Both the position numbers and the translations under genes were made by a program. Source: Balanoglossus misakiensis (Eukaryota; Animalia; Hemichordata). Taken from it: 64,000 nt of DNA. Location of the stretch: assembly GCA_040954595.2 (NCBI GenBank), contig JBECUI020000028.1, positions 62,001-126,000 on the forward strand, given 5' to 3'. This document shows, one piece after another, positions 1 through 13,800 of the stretch. Position 1 is the stretch's first letter. The number at the start of each line of letters is the position of its first letter. Below the pieces are notes generated by a model. It searched no databases. It was not told where the DNA came from and saw only the letters and a program-made list of their open reading frames with translations.

Positions 1-2083
1 ATTTTCTTCTTCTTCTTCTTCTTTTTAATTTCTGTGCCGACGGCTTCAGTGCCGAACGTTCGATTCTGGCAGGTGGTTTCGAAATTGGATTGTTGTATAT
101 GTGGACCAACGGCTTGTGGTCTGTCACAATGGTGAATTTCTGACCATATACATACAAGTGGAATCGTTCGCATGCCCATACAACGGCAAGGCCGGGATCC
201 AGCCGGGATCGAGCATTAAACATGAAGCAGACGACAAAAAGTGACAAGACGGGCATCGCGCGTGGCAAAGTGAAAAATATTTCCACAGAGCAATTTCAAA
301 ATAAAACGTCCGTTAATTCAACAGTATTGTTGTTTTATTTATTTGGTTTAAACATGCGCGACTGTGGTTTTTGCTGCCATATGCTAGTTCAGCAGGGGCC
401 CGTTTTAGCTCTGCCAGCAGTGCATTATGAGTATTTTAGCATCGCTGGATTGAGCTCTCGTCCAATCAGAATTGCGGACGGTAGCATGATATAATATAAT
501 ACTGTATATATACCATTTATATATTTGCGACAAAATTATGGTCATATATTGCCAAAGAAAACAATGGATTTCAAATAGAATTGTTTTATCAAACTCTGGA
601 TATATTTATTATTTAGCAGCATTCAAAAATGGCTAACGATGCAGTTTTTAATTTATTAAATTCATCCATATCAAACACAGAAATGTTGTCTACCTAGGAT
701 AGGATGACTAGAACAATCATCTATACAAAGTCAGTCCCCCCAGATCAATGAGAATAAAAAGTGCCTTGCTCAAGGGCACAAAATCATTGAAGTTTATGCC
801 ATTTCCACTCAAGTTGGACTGGAAGTCAAATATGAAGACATTTGTTGGAATTTCTCTTATCTCATATACTTATCTGCATTCTGATTGTGAGCTGATATGT
901 TATGAGGGATTTTATTCTGAAATTGTTCTTTTTGGTGCTATGGTCTATTTATTTCCTAAGTGTCACATTCCACTGGAATGAATTGTCTCTCCCATCAGAA
1001 AACAGCATCTAGACCCCCCCTGGGGATACCAAATGATGACTCCCTGAGTACTTAACTCACTCCAAAATAAAATCAACCCAGTGCCAATTCTTCAAACATT
1101 TCAAGTAAAATTTGCCTGATAGAAGTTTCTCTTGATGAAAATCACTTGTGACTCTGAAGTGTTGCACAGAAAAGAACTTGTTTCTTTTTTTCTTTCTTCA
1201 AAGGGTGGAAAGTGTACCAGTCACAAATCAACGTCGTAACCAGGGTAACTACCAATTTCATGTCAAAGTTCATACATGCTATCCTCTGCTCGCATTAATA
1301 GCGATGTTTTGGGCGATTTCTGAGGGAGACTACACTTTCTACATGCTCAATCATGAAGGTAGCTGTGTTGTGATTGGTTATCTACACATTTGTCTCAGTC
1401 AGCAACCAATCAAAGCACAGCTTACTTTCCAGTAGTTGAGTGAAAAAAAAAATCATTAAGTTGGTTATTTTCACAAAGATCAGTCCTCCAAACTCTTCCA
1501 TGTTTTTGTATTAAAGTGTATATGAAGTCGATTTGAAAAAAAAAAAGATTTTCATCACCTTGGTTTCATAAAAAAATAAACAATGTTCACCATGGAGTTA
1601 TAGCGGCCATTTTGAATTTCAAATTTGAGACAATTTTTGTCATTCAAATTTTTACGGTGAATAATTAATCTGTATTCTTTGTTTTAAGCAAGAATAATCT
1701 AAAGTTGTATTGAGGAGAATATGACTGATTTTGAAGGTGCACATTAAAACCAAACATGAGAAGCAGTAGGAATAGTTCATGTCTTGTATTGCAATAATTT
1801 GGCAGCCCGTGTTCAACTCGGGGGGTGGGGGGTGGGGGGGGGGGAATGCTAACAATGGACACACATATACACAAAAGATTGCAAAAGTAAAAGATTTATT
1901 TTGAACACATCAAGGATTTTAAAAACCTATAAAGAATCTTTCTGGCTGTGAAGAAGCAGTAAATAATTCATTTCTCAAGTCCTCATGAAAAAGAACTGTA
2001 AAACTGCAGTTATGGAAACTGCATTGCAAGGATTGGTAACAGATAATATTCATATCCAAGATGAGGTCATACATGGAATAACA

Positions 2084-2180
2084 TTTAAAGGGACAAAATC
2101 TCTCTCTTGCTGCCATTTTTCTGTTAATTATGTTTGATACAAGACTGTGGATATATAGTGAATCAACGTTCGACCACCCA
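2084..2180 (+). repeat. Dispersed repeat (TTAAAGGGAC start, Kolobok-like end); second copy near 57330-57450
   Basis: Both loci share ttaaagggacaaa..tctctc..ttaattatgtttgatacaagac..tagtgaatyaacgttcgaccac. Confidence 0.55.
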
Positions 2181-2206
2181 CAACTTCCATCCCACTTGTA
2201 GACACG

Positions 2207-2275
2207 AGAGTAAAACACTCGTCAAAATGAATAATCAGTCTCTACCGTTTATTCATTTTGGCGAGATTTTTACTC
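2207..2275. repeat. Small imperfect palindromic element
   Basis: GAGTAAAACACTCGTCAAAATGAATAA ... TTATTCATTTTGGCGAGATTTTTACTC. Confidence 0.55.
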
Positions 2276-3685
2276 TTATATCCTTTAAACAGGCATAATT
2301 TTGAATGATAAAGCGAAACTGATTCAAATTTTAAAATCAAGATGGCCACCATTCAATGTGTATTGAGAAAATTTGAAGTATTTTTATTTTTGAGAAAGCA
2401 AATTTTTTTCTGTTTTCAAAGTGACTCTTCCCACATTTTAATACTAAAAATATAAAGATATGTCGACCACCTAAATAGCATGTCTGCAAAATGTGAATGG
2501 TGATGTCTGTATTAGTTTATAATTCAAAATTAAGAAAATAGTTTCTCAATCCTAATATGAATGATCTTGAAGTGACAACTTGTGTACATAGAAAAAAGAT
2601 GTTGAGAGTGTGTTCAATGTAATTGAAAGCAAGAAGTGAATGACAACCTCTCTTAAATTGCATATTCTTGGTTAGTCATTTGCTTTTGGGAAATAGTACA
2701 CATCAAAACTGAAGTCCAGAACATTACACAAAATCATTGTGAACATGTTCTTAACATGTGTTTCAGATTTCTGCTTAAACTTATTGGAATTATTGTTAGT
2801 GCAATTTGAAACAAACTAACTCTTTACAAACTAATTTGGCTTTACAAATCAGAGACATTGTATACTGACAGGATATGTATGTTTCAGCTTTTTTGGCTCA
2901 AAATGAACATCTGCAAAACATAGAGTGAATTTCCTAAATCTGTCAACAAACAAAAGTAATGTTTCTACTGAAGATATTGATGATCAGGATTAAAAATATT
3001 ACTGTACAGCTTTTTGGTGAAAACAATAATTTGAATAAAAAATGTTGCAACAAATCACAAAAATCACTAGAATTTTTAAAAAATCAACTTTATTTTGCTA
3101 TAATGGTCATTGATGTCATTAGCTGCAGTTTGTAAACTCAACATGACAATTTCTTAGTTGTCACTTTCTCATAATTGTAATTGACTCACTTTATTTGCAT
3201 GTGTCTCCATCCTGTGAAGCTGACATGACATCATGTTCCTTAGAGTGATTTAATTTGTAATTAACCATTACATACACTTCAAATAGGTCAGTATCTGCAG
3301 GATGGTCTTGTACTGTATTTGGGTAATTCACTTTCTGTTATCTCATGCTAGATCTATGTCACAGATTCCATTCATTTATCTTTAGTTGTGTCACCTGTTG
3401 GTAGCTGTTTCTGCAATCACCATCTCCTCGTTGTACAGCCTGGTTATTGAGAAGACAGTAATGGTGGAGGGTGGTTTGGTGTATTGGCTTTGATTTCTCT
3501 GCAGGGCTTATAACAGTATGTGTGTACGGAACCTTTTCCTTGCACACACACATTACGTTACTCAGTTAAATTTCTCAGACATTGCAACAAGTTCCATGGA
3601 AATACTGCCATCGTTTGCCATACTAATCAGAAATTGATATACTGACGTCACAATGGTCTGCTTCAGAGATGTTGATGTCATCATC

Positions 3686-4945
3686 TTAAGATGTAAGATG
3701 TAGATTAGCCATGTCACCTTCAACATCATGATGATCAGCTGACACACCAAGTTTTCGGAACATCTCATGTATTTCTTCTCTGGCAGCGTAGACATCACAA
3801 CTTTCTTGCTCAAAAATTTTAACCAGGTTGGAAAAATTGCTCTTACAGAATTTCTTATCTGCAGTTGGCTGTTGGCCTGCACGTTGTTGTCCTCCACAGC
3901 CCTTGGACCAAACAGATAAAGCATGTTGTGTTGGGGATTGAATCAATGCACTGTATTGCCATGAATCCACCTCCATGCGAGGGATCCCCATCAAGTCTGC
4001 CATAGCCCTGTAGTCATTGCCGGATAAACGGATGATATCCATGATATTAGAAAATATCTTGAGGGCATCCTTCAGCATCCACTTGACATCACTTTCATAT
4101 CCACTGTGTCAGAGGATGGTTGTATCATACCCAGCACAAAGAAAGTCAGTAGCTGCTTCTGAAATCACCATCTCCTCGTTGTACACCTTCTCATTCCTCT
4201 CTTCTGCTTCCCGAATTTGCTTCAATGTATAGAATGTGACATCTTCAGGGTTGCGATGGATTCGAAGAGAATCTGAACTCAACACGTGGATGTCAAGTCT
4301 TGTACCAGGACAGCAGATCTCTAACACTTCATAGACAATATCAGTTATTGTCTCTAATAATTTGTAGCATTCGCCGATTTCCTCTTCTTTCTCTGCTCTA
4401 ACACAAACATGGATAGCTCTCCAACCTTTTGTCATATACACCAAGCCTTCTGCATTGTGACACACTTTGATGCCATTTTTCCATATACCACTTGTCCGTC
4501 GGTTGATCTTTCGGAAATGGCGTTCTATTCGGGCGTTAAGTCGGGGGGAAAATCCTGGCGAGAAACTATCAGCATCATCTCTGCATTGGAACCGTCTACC
4601 ATAGTAAATCTTCTTAGTAGCATCCTGTTTCCACTGATTTGCAGGCATATCTGTGTCCAACAACTCAGGTATTACATACCCAGTTACAGTATTGGATTCA
4701 GAAATGACCTCATAGAGAAGGGCAAACTCTTTGAGAAGATTTATCAGCAAATCAATATCTGCCAGACCATGGAAAACTTCCTCAATTTCGCTTCTCATAT
4801 GTAAGGACTTCCGCGGCAAGCGGTTTGCAAACTGCTCAAATATTTCAGGAGCCAGCATGGTACCGAATATTCTAGAACATAACCATTGGGGATCAAGAAC
4901 AATGACGTCATCTGAATCTGGTAGGGTACTCTCGATTTGGAACAT
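3686..4945 (-). CDS. Last exon: COR domain C-terminal part plus death domain (internal TGA at 4109-4111)
   Basis: Acceptor cag at 4946-4948. ORFs 4109..4945 and 3686..4078 share a frame (..YDTTIL*HSGYESDVKWMLKDAL..). GNDYRAMADLMGI resembles the DAPK death-domain start. Confidence 0.85.
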
Positions 4946-5289
4946 CTGTGAATAAACAATGGGGAAAAATACTTATGTTTTGAGACATTTATTCAAATGA
5001 AATTGTGCATATATCTTAGTGACACACATACCAGTATGTAGATGTGTGCATGGCTGATCATACATAGGGAAACCGCGAAACCCAGGCCAAGTCTAGCCTT
5101 GCCTGGCCAAACCATCTCGGCTATAGTGATCGAAAAAAAACTCATCAACGCCACAATATTGCCACTGGTGATTTAGGAACAATGTCAGGGCTATACCCAC
5201 ACTAGTGACACACATGGACCACAAAAACATGTTTATAGCAGAGGGCCTTTTCTGGGTTTTTTTCTCAGTCTTGAATCCCTGTCTAGATC

Positions 5290-7256
5290 CTCAGCAAAAG
5301 GCTCTGTCAAGCCTTTCACCCTCAGATCCCTCTTAAGAGAACCCAGCCTGTGATTGGAACTGCGCTGAGTACTACAGCTGGCCTCCAAGGCGCAAGACCG
5401 CGGCGTGTATGTACACTTTTCGTGTCCCGGCTGAATCCAGCAACAACATGTGAAAATGTTGAGCCGTATGCTGCGGACAAATTTGATGTAGGTGTGAACT
5501 GTACAAAACTGAAAACAAAGTATGATATGTATGCTTCTTTTATGGTTGAATTATCTGATGTAGACATTAGAGTTGCCCTTGATCCTGTAAATTGGCCTCA
5601 GGATACTCTTGTAAGAAAATACTATAAATCTCAGACGCCATGACAAAACGCAAAAATAGTTTACGGATTGTGTCATTTAACTGTCGCTCTGTGAAATCAA
5701 GCTTTCATTCTGTGTATGAATTATGTGAAACCCATGATATCTGTCTTTTACAAGAACACTGGCTTGCTAAGGAAGAGCTGTCAATTTTACATGACATACA
5801 TCTGGATTTTATGTCATTCGGAGTATCTGCTTTTGATTCGTCTGAACTCCGTATTGGTAGACCGTACGGGGGGGTTGCAATTCTTTGGCGTAGATCGCTT
5901 GGCAAACTTGCCAGTATTGTTGAGTTTGCTGATAGTCGCTTGCTTGGTTTAGTTTTAGAAAATGATACTGACAAACTTGTTATTGTAAACTGTTATTTGC
6001 CCACCAATACTAATGATAATTTTGAAGTGTTCAGTGAGTACTTGGCGAAAATCAATTCCATTGTTTCTGATATTAACACTGGGAATGTCTTTTTTATTGG
6101 TGACTAGAATGCTGATGTAACTACTGATACAGGCTTTGGCCGTGAGTTGATGGAGCATTGTGAGCAATTTGGTTACATCGTTTCTGATGTTGAGCTGCTA
6201 GGCAGGGATTCTGGTACGTTTACTTAGATTAGCGATGCTCATGGCAGTACTTCATGGATTGACCACTGTGTTACCACTGAAGTTTCTCATAGCAATGTTC
6301 TTTCAATTTCGAGCCTTTGCAATGTTGTTGACTCCGACCATATTCCTGTTTCAATAGAGGTTCATTTCAACACTTCTGCTGATGAAAGCTTCAGCAGTAG
6401 TTCCTTCAAGCAATGTAATTTTCGAGTTGATTGGAAAAAAATTGTCACAGCAGAATATATCCGCCTACACCCTTGTACCAAAGCCAAGATTGATAAGATT
6501 AATTTATCCGAACAGTTATTCTGCACTAATGTGAACTGTACAGACCCTTCGCATTTACAGGCAATTGATACTTGTTATAGTAGTATTGTGGACGCATTGA
6601 ATTGTGCTGCAAAATATACCATTAGGGGTAAGTTTCACCAGAAAGTTCATGTTGTACCTGGCTGGAACGATTTTGTAAAAGAAAGTCACGACTATGCCCG
6701 TTCCATGTTTTTTATTATGGGTTAATGGGGGTAAACCTAAACAAGGCCCGCTTTTTGAAACCATGAAATCTTTCAGAGCTCGTTTTAAGTATGCTTTACG
6801 TGCTTGTAAAAAGATTGAGAATCAAAATAGGGCTGACAAGATGGCTGACAATTTATGCTGCCACAAACAGAACGACTTCTGGAAGGAAGTCAGAAAGCAA
6901 ACTAGCAGAAAAACGCCACTTTCTGACACTGTAGGTGGAGCGACTGGTGAGAGTGAAATTGCAATTATGTGGCACAAGCATTTCAGTGATATTTTGAATT
7001 CTGTCCAGGCTCAGACTGGTAAAAATGACATCGAGGAGAAAATGAAGTATGTTAACTTTTCTTCTGATATGTATGTTTCTGAAGACGAAGTAATTTCTGC
7101 TATACACAAGTTACCTGACGACAAGACAGCTGGCATTGACAATATTTCAGCTGAGCACCTCAAATTCTCAGACTCCTCTATTTTACCATTTTGACTTGTT
7201 GTATTAATGCTATGATTGTTCATGGTTACCTGCCAACTGAGGCTATCAAAGTTATT
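5290..7256 (+). mobile_element. Decayed APE-RT non-LTR retrotransposon, 5' part (ORF1 C-terminus, APE endonuclease, linker); RTEX/CR1-group-like
   Basis: ORF1 tail LFVSRL..YASF..WP. ORF2 ATG at 5640 overlaps the ORF1 TGA (ATGA). APE motifs SFNCRS, LQEHWL, GRPYGG, GD*NA, WIDH, SDH. Several stops and a frameshift near 6710. The 5' boundary is approximate. Confidence 0.85.
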
Positions 7257-7433
7257 AGGGCCCAAGCGCTTGCTTGCGCTTGGGCCCTATTGGTTTCGTT
7301 GGGGTTTTTAGGGCCCAAGCCAAGCCAGGCTTGGGCCCTATTGGTTTCGTTGGAATTTTTCAGTCTTTCTTTCTTTCTTTAGGGCCCAAGCGCATACCAG
7401 CGCTTGGGCCCTATTGGTTTCGTTGGGGTTTTT

Positions 7434-8913
7434 AGGGCCCAAGCGCAAGCAAGCGCTTGGGCCCTATTGGTTTCGTTGGAATTTTTCTTTCCGGCTTTCT
7501 TTCTTTATTCTTGTGTCAATTCTTCGGCCAACTAAATCTCTGAAACTACTGCAGGTACACTGCTCAAACTTGCTACAGTGGGCAAGGTCTATGAGTAGAT
7601 GTGCAGTGACTTGTGAATACTTAATTAGTCACGTGACCTGGCGGCCATATTGGATTTTCTGAAAAAATTGAAATCTCAGATCTCAGAAACTACAAGTCAG
7701 ATCGACTTCAAATTTGGCATGCAGGTAGACTACCTTCTACCCATCATTTTTGTAATTGGAAATTTTGCTACAGTGTTGCAGTTTTTTTGCTACAATTTTT
7801 TTTCTGAAATCTGGCTTAAATTTCAAAAATCTTCTTCTCCAGAACCGGTGATAACCGAGACACGGGGTTTGGGGTATGTGGTCACCTCACTGATGTCTAT
7901 CAAGTTTGCGAAGATCATTGTGATTGGTCGAAGATTATGGCGGCCATATTGGATTTTCGAAAAACCATAGTTAAACTCCAAAAATCTTCTTCTCCAGAAC
8001 GGGCGATGACTGAGTCGCAAGATTCGGGGAGTATGGTCACTACACTGATGTCTATCAAGTTTGCAAAGAACATTGTGATTGGTCGAAGATTATGGCGGCC
8101 ATATTGGATTTTGTAAAAAGCAGTGAAAAATTGAAATTCCTTTTTCTAGTCTAAAAATTGATAGCATACAAATTCTTTTTATGGATATCAATCTTTATGT
8201 GACTAAAATATGTTACAAATTTTTGTCGATTTTTCACATGACCTTTGACCTACTTTTCACACATTATTATTTCTGCATATCTATTTCCAGGCTAACCTAT
8301 AGGGCTAGACATTTGGTTTTTGATGCATGTGGATTTGTGTGTGATCAAAATATTTTGCTACTTTCATGACCCCTTTGACCTCTGCTGACCTCATTAATTA
8401 TGTGCATAGCTAATTACAGGCGAACCAATAGAGCTAGAGGTTTGGTTTTTGTTGGACATGAACCAATATGGGGTCAAAATTTGTTGCCCAAATATTGGGT
8501 GACCTCTGGTGACCTTTGACCTACTTTCGCATATCTCAGCATCCAGGGCAGATACAGCCTTGGCATTTGGCAGGATGGGACCAAAATGTAAAGCCACATT
8601 TTTGAGTCACCTGTGACACCTGCTGACCTCATTAAATATGCACATACCTAATTACAGGCGAACCAATAGAACTAGAGTTTTAGTTTTTGTTGGACATGGA
8701 ACAGTATGGGTCAATAAATTTTGCCCAAATGTTGGGTGACCTCAGGTGACCTTTGACCTACTTTACTCTATTTCAGCAGGAAAAATACATACGTCCTTGT
8801 TATGTCATGAGATAAAACACCTGATAGAGCATTCTGTTTCTTCTCATTCATACTGTGCATATATAATACCGGATCAGCGCTTGGGCCCAACAATGCTGCT
8901 TGCAGCTTTAATT
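7434..8913 (+). mobile_element. Uninterrupted HINE-like copy (loop AAGCAA)
   Basis: Head, microsatellite, body and tail are contiguous. Confidence 0.8.
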
Positions 8914-10841
8914 ACGGGCCCAAGCCAAGCCAGGCTTGGGCCCGTATTGGTTTCGTTGGAATTTTTCTTTCTTTCTTTCTTTATTCTTGTGTCAATTCTT
9001 TGACCCACGAGATCTCAGACACCGCTGCAGGTACACTTCTGAAACTTGCTACAGTGGTCAAGGTCAATGAGTAGTCGTGCATCGAACCCTTGAATTTTTA
9101 ATTAGTCACATGACCTGGCGGCCATCTTGGATTTTCTGAAAAAATGCAAATCTCAGATCTCAGAAACTACAAGTCAGATCGACTTCAAATTTGGCATGCT
9201 GGTAGACTACCTTCTGGCAATCATTTTTGTAATTGGAAATTATACTGACAAAGTTGCAATTTTTTGCTACAATTTTTTTTCTAAAATCTGGCTTAAATTT
9301 CAAAAATCTTCTTCTCCAGAACCAGTGATAACCGAGTCACGCGGTTTGGGGTATGTGGTCACCTAACTGATGTCTATCAAGTTTGCGAAGATCATTGTGA
9401 TTGGTTGAAGATTATGGCGGCCATATTGGATTTTCGAAAAACCATAGTAAAATTTCAAAAATCTTCTTCTCAAGAACCGGCGATAAATGAGTCACAAGAT
9501 TTGGTGTGTGTGGTCATTAAACAGATGTCTATCAAATTTGCGAAGAAGAATGTGATTGGTCGAAGATTATGGCGGCCATATTGGATTTTGTGAAAAACGA
9601 TTAAAAAGTAAAAATTCCCTTTCTAGCCTAAAAATTGATAGCACAGAAATTCTTTTTACGGATATGAATCATCATATGTCAAGAATAAGCTATAAATATT
9701 TTGGTAATTTTGGCAATGACCTTTGACCTACTTTTCTGCATATCTAATTCCAGGCTAACCAATAGGGCTATAAGTTTGGTTTTTGATGTATGTGGATTTG
9801 TATGTGATCCAAAAATTTTGCTACTTTTCATGACCCCTTTGACCTCTGGTGACCTCATTAAATATGCACATACCTAATTACAGATGAACCAATAGACCTA
9901 GAAGTTTTGTTTTTGTTATACATGGACCAGTATGGGGTCAAAATATTTTGCCCAAATGTTGGGTGACCTCGGGTGACCTTTGACCTACTTTTGCATATCT
10001 TGACATCCACAGCAGATACAGCCTTGGCGTTTGGAGGTAATGAAAAGCCAAAGTTTTGGGTCACCTGTGACACCTGCTTAACTCATTAATTATGTGCATA
10101 CCTAATTCTAGGCTAACCAAAAGGGCTAGAGGTCTGTTTTTTGTTGGACATGGACCACTATGGGTCAAAATTTTCTGCACAAATTTTGGATGACCTCGGG
10201 TGACCTTTGACCTACTTTTGCATATCTTGACATCCACAGCAGATACAGCCTTGGCGCTTGGAGGTATGGGGCCATAATGAAAAGCCAAAGTTTTGGGTCA
10301 CCTGTGACACCTGCTTAACTCATTAATTATGTGCATACCTAATTCTAGGCTAACCAAAAGGGCTAGAGGTCTGTTTTTTGTTGGACATGGACCACTATGG
10401 GTCAAAATTTTCTGCCCAAATTGTGGATGACCTCAGATGACCTTTGACGTACTTTTGCATATCTCGGCATCCAATGCAGGTACAGCCTTGGCATTTGGAG
10501 GTATGGGGCCATAATGAAAAGCCAAAGTTTTGGGTCACCTGTGACACCTGCTTTACGCATTATTTATGTGCATACCTAATTCCAGGCTAACCAAAAGGGC
10601 TAGAGGTCTGGTTTTTGTTGGACATGGACCACTATGGGTCAAAATTTTCTGCCCAAATGTTGGGTGACCTCTGGGTGACCTTTGACCTACTTAACACTTT
10701 AACAGCACCAAACATACATATAACCTTGATATTTCATGGGATAAAACAGCATTATGTTTCTACTCATTAATTATGTGCATATCTGATATCAGATCAGATA
10801 ATAGAGCTGGGGCCCGGACAATGCTGCTTGCAGCTTTAATT
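8914..10841 (+). mobile_element. Uninterrupted long HINE-like copy (four ~238-bp subrepeats)
   Basis: Head ACGGGCCCAAGCC..GGCTTGGGCCCGT contiguous with body and tail. Confidence 0.8.
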
Positions 10842-13800
10842 CTTTCTTTCTTTCTTTCTTTCTTTATTCTTGTGTCAATTCTTTGTCGCTCTAGATCTCA
10901 GACACCGCTGCAGGTACACTTCTGAAACTTGCTACAGTGGTCAAGGTCAATGAGTAGTCGTGCATTGAACCCTTGAATTTTTAATTAGTCACGTGACCTG
11001 GCGGCCATATTGGATATTCTGAAAAAATGCAAATCTCAGATCTCAGAAACTACAAGTCAGATCGACTTCAAATTTGGTGTGCAGGTAGTTTACCTTCTAC
11101 CCATCATTTTTGTAATTGGAAATTATGCTGTCAATGTTGCAGTTTTTTTGCTACAATTTTTTTTCTGAAATCTGGCTTAAATTTCAAAAATCTTCTTCTC
11201 CAGAACCGGTGATAACCGAGTCACGCGGTTTGGGGTATGTGGTCACCTAACTGATGTCTATCAAGTTTGCGAAGATCATTGTGATTGGTTGAAGATTATG
11301 GCGGCCATATTGGATTTTCGAAAAACCCTAGTAAAATTTCAAAAATCTTCTTCTCAAGAACCGGCGATAACCGAGTCACAAGATTTGGTGTGTGTGGTCA
11401 CTAAACAGATGTCTATCAAGTTTGCGAAGAGGAATGTGATTGGTCGAAGATTATGGCGGCCATATTGGATTTTGTGAAAAACGATTAAAAAGTAAAAATT
11501 CCCTTTCTAGCCTAAAAATTGATAGCACAGAAATTCTTTTTATGGATATGAATCATCATATGACAAGAATAAGCTATAAATATTTTGGTAATTTTGGCAA
11601 TGACCTTTGACCTACTTTTGACGCATGATTTTTCTGCATATCTAATTCCAGGCTAACCAATAGGGCTATAAGTTTGGTTTTTGATGTATGTCGATTTGTA
11701 TGTGATCCAAAAATTTTGCTACTTTTCATGACCCCTTTGACCTCTGCTGACCTCATTAAATATGTACATACCTAATTACAGATGAACCAATAGACCTAGA
11801 GGTTTTGTTTTTGTTATACATGGACCAGTATGGGGTCAAAATATTTTGCCCAAATGTTGGGTGACCTCAGGTGACCTTTGACCTACTTTTGCATATCTCG
11901 ACATCCACAGCAGATACAGCCTTGGCGTTTGGAGGTAATGAAAAGCCAAAGTTTTGGGTCACCTGTGACACCTGCTTAACTCATTAATTATGTGCATACC
12001 TAATTATAGGCTAACCAAAAGGGCTAGAGGTCTGGTTTTTGTTGGACATGGACCACTATGGGTCAAAATTTTCTGCCCAAATTTTGGATGACCTCAGATG
12101 ACCTTTGACCTACTTTTGCATATCTCGGCATCCAAAGCAGGTACAGCCTTGGCATTTGGAGGTATGGGGCCATAATGAAAAGCCAAAGCCAAAGTTTTGG
12201 GTCACCTGTGACACCTGCTTTATGCATTATTTATGTGCATACCTAATTCCAGGCTAACCAAAAGGGCTAGAGGTCTGGTTTTTGTTGGACATGGACCACT
12301 ATGGGTTAAAATTTTCTGCCCAAATGTTGGGTGACCTCTGGGTGACCTTTGACCTACTTAACACTTTATCAGCACCAAACATAGATATAACCTTGATATT
12401 TCATGGGATAGAACAGCATTATGTTTCTACTCATTAATTATGTGCATATCTAATATCAGATCAGATAATAGAGCTTGGGCCCGGACAATGCTGCTTGCAG
12501 CTTTAATTCTTTCTTTCTTTCTTTATTCTTGTGTCATTCTTTGTCGCTCTAGATCTCAGACACCACTGCAGATACAGTTCTCAAACTTGCTACAGTGGTC
12601 AAGGTCAATGAGTAGTCGTGCATTGAACCCATGAATTTTTAATTAGTCACATGACCTGGCGGCCATATTGGATTTTCTGAAAAAATGCAAATCTCAGATC
12701 TCAGAAACTACAAGTCAGATCGACTTCAAATTTGGCGTGCAGGTAGACTACCTTCTGTCAATCATTTTTGTAATTGGAAATTATGCTGACAAAGTTGCAG
12801 TTTTTTTGCTACAATTTTTTTTCTGAAATCTGGCTTAAATTTCAAAAATCTTCTTCTCCAGAACCGGTGATAACCAAGACACGGGGTTTGGGGTATGTGG
12901 TCACCTAACTGATGTCTATCAAGTTTGCGAAGATCATTGTGATTGGTTGAAGATTATGGCGGCCATATTGGATTTTCGAAAAACCCTAGTAAAATTGCAA
13001 AATTCTTCTTCTCAAGAACCGGCGATAACCGAGTCACAAGATTTGGTGTGTGTGGTCATTAATCAGATGTCTATCAAGTTTGCGAAGAGCATTGTGATTG
13101 GTCGAAGATTATGGCGGCCATATTGGATTTTGTGAAAAACGATTAAAAAGTAGAAATTCCCTTTCTAGCCTAAAAATTGATAGCACAGAAATTCTTTTTA
13201 TGGATATGAATCATCATATGACAAGAATAAGCTATAAATATTTTGGTAATTTTGGCAATGACCTTTGACCTACTTTTGACGCATCATTTTTCTGCATATC
13301 TAATTCCAGGCTAACCAATATGGCTATAAGTTTGGTTTTTGATGTATGTGGATTTGTATGTGATCAAAAAATTTTGCTACTTTTTGTGACCCCTTTGACC
13401 TCTGCTGACCTCATTAAATATGCACATACCTAATTAATGATGAACCGGTAGACCTAGAGGTTTTGTTTTTGTTATACATGGACCAGTATGGGGTCAAAAT
13501 ATTTTGCCCAAATGTTGGGTGACCTCGGGTGACCTTTGACCTACTTTTGCATATCTCGACATCCACAGCAGATACAGCCTTGGCGTTTGGAGGTATGGGG
13601 CCATAATGAAAAGCCAAAGTTTTGGGTCACCTGTGACCCCTGCTCAACTCATTATTTATGTGCATACCTAATTCTGTGCTAACCAAAAGGCCTAGAGGTC
13701 TGGTTTTTGTTGGACATGGACCACTATGGGTCAAAATTTTCTGCCCAAATTGTGGGTGACCTCTGGGTGACCTTTGACCTACTTAACACTATATCAGCAC

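Noticed and set aside
1-500. ORF 222..494 and the CpG-rich start of the window
   Set aside because: No domain similarity; it looks like the end of a dispersed repeat whose class I cannot support.
4109-4111. TGA codons as selenocysteine
   Set aside because: The positions are not recognisable catalytic Cys sites, I could not identify a SECIS by eye, and CGA>TGA is simpler.
7257-7480. Stacks of ~53-bp palindromic repeats (also 15364-15710, 30249-30410, 33270-33480) resembling a CRISPR array
   Set aside because: No unique spacers or cas genes, and the context is eukaryotic with introns. The repeats are transposon 5' ends whose bodies resume downstream.
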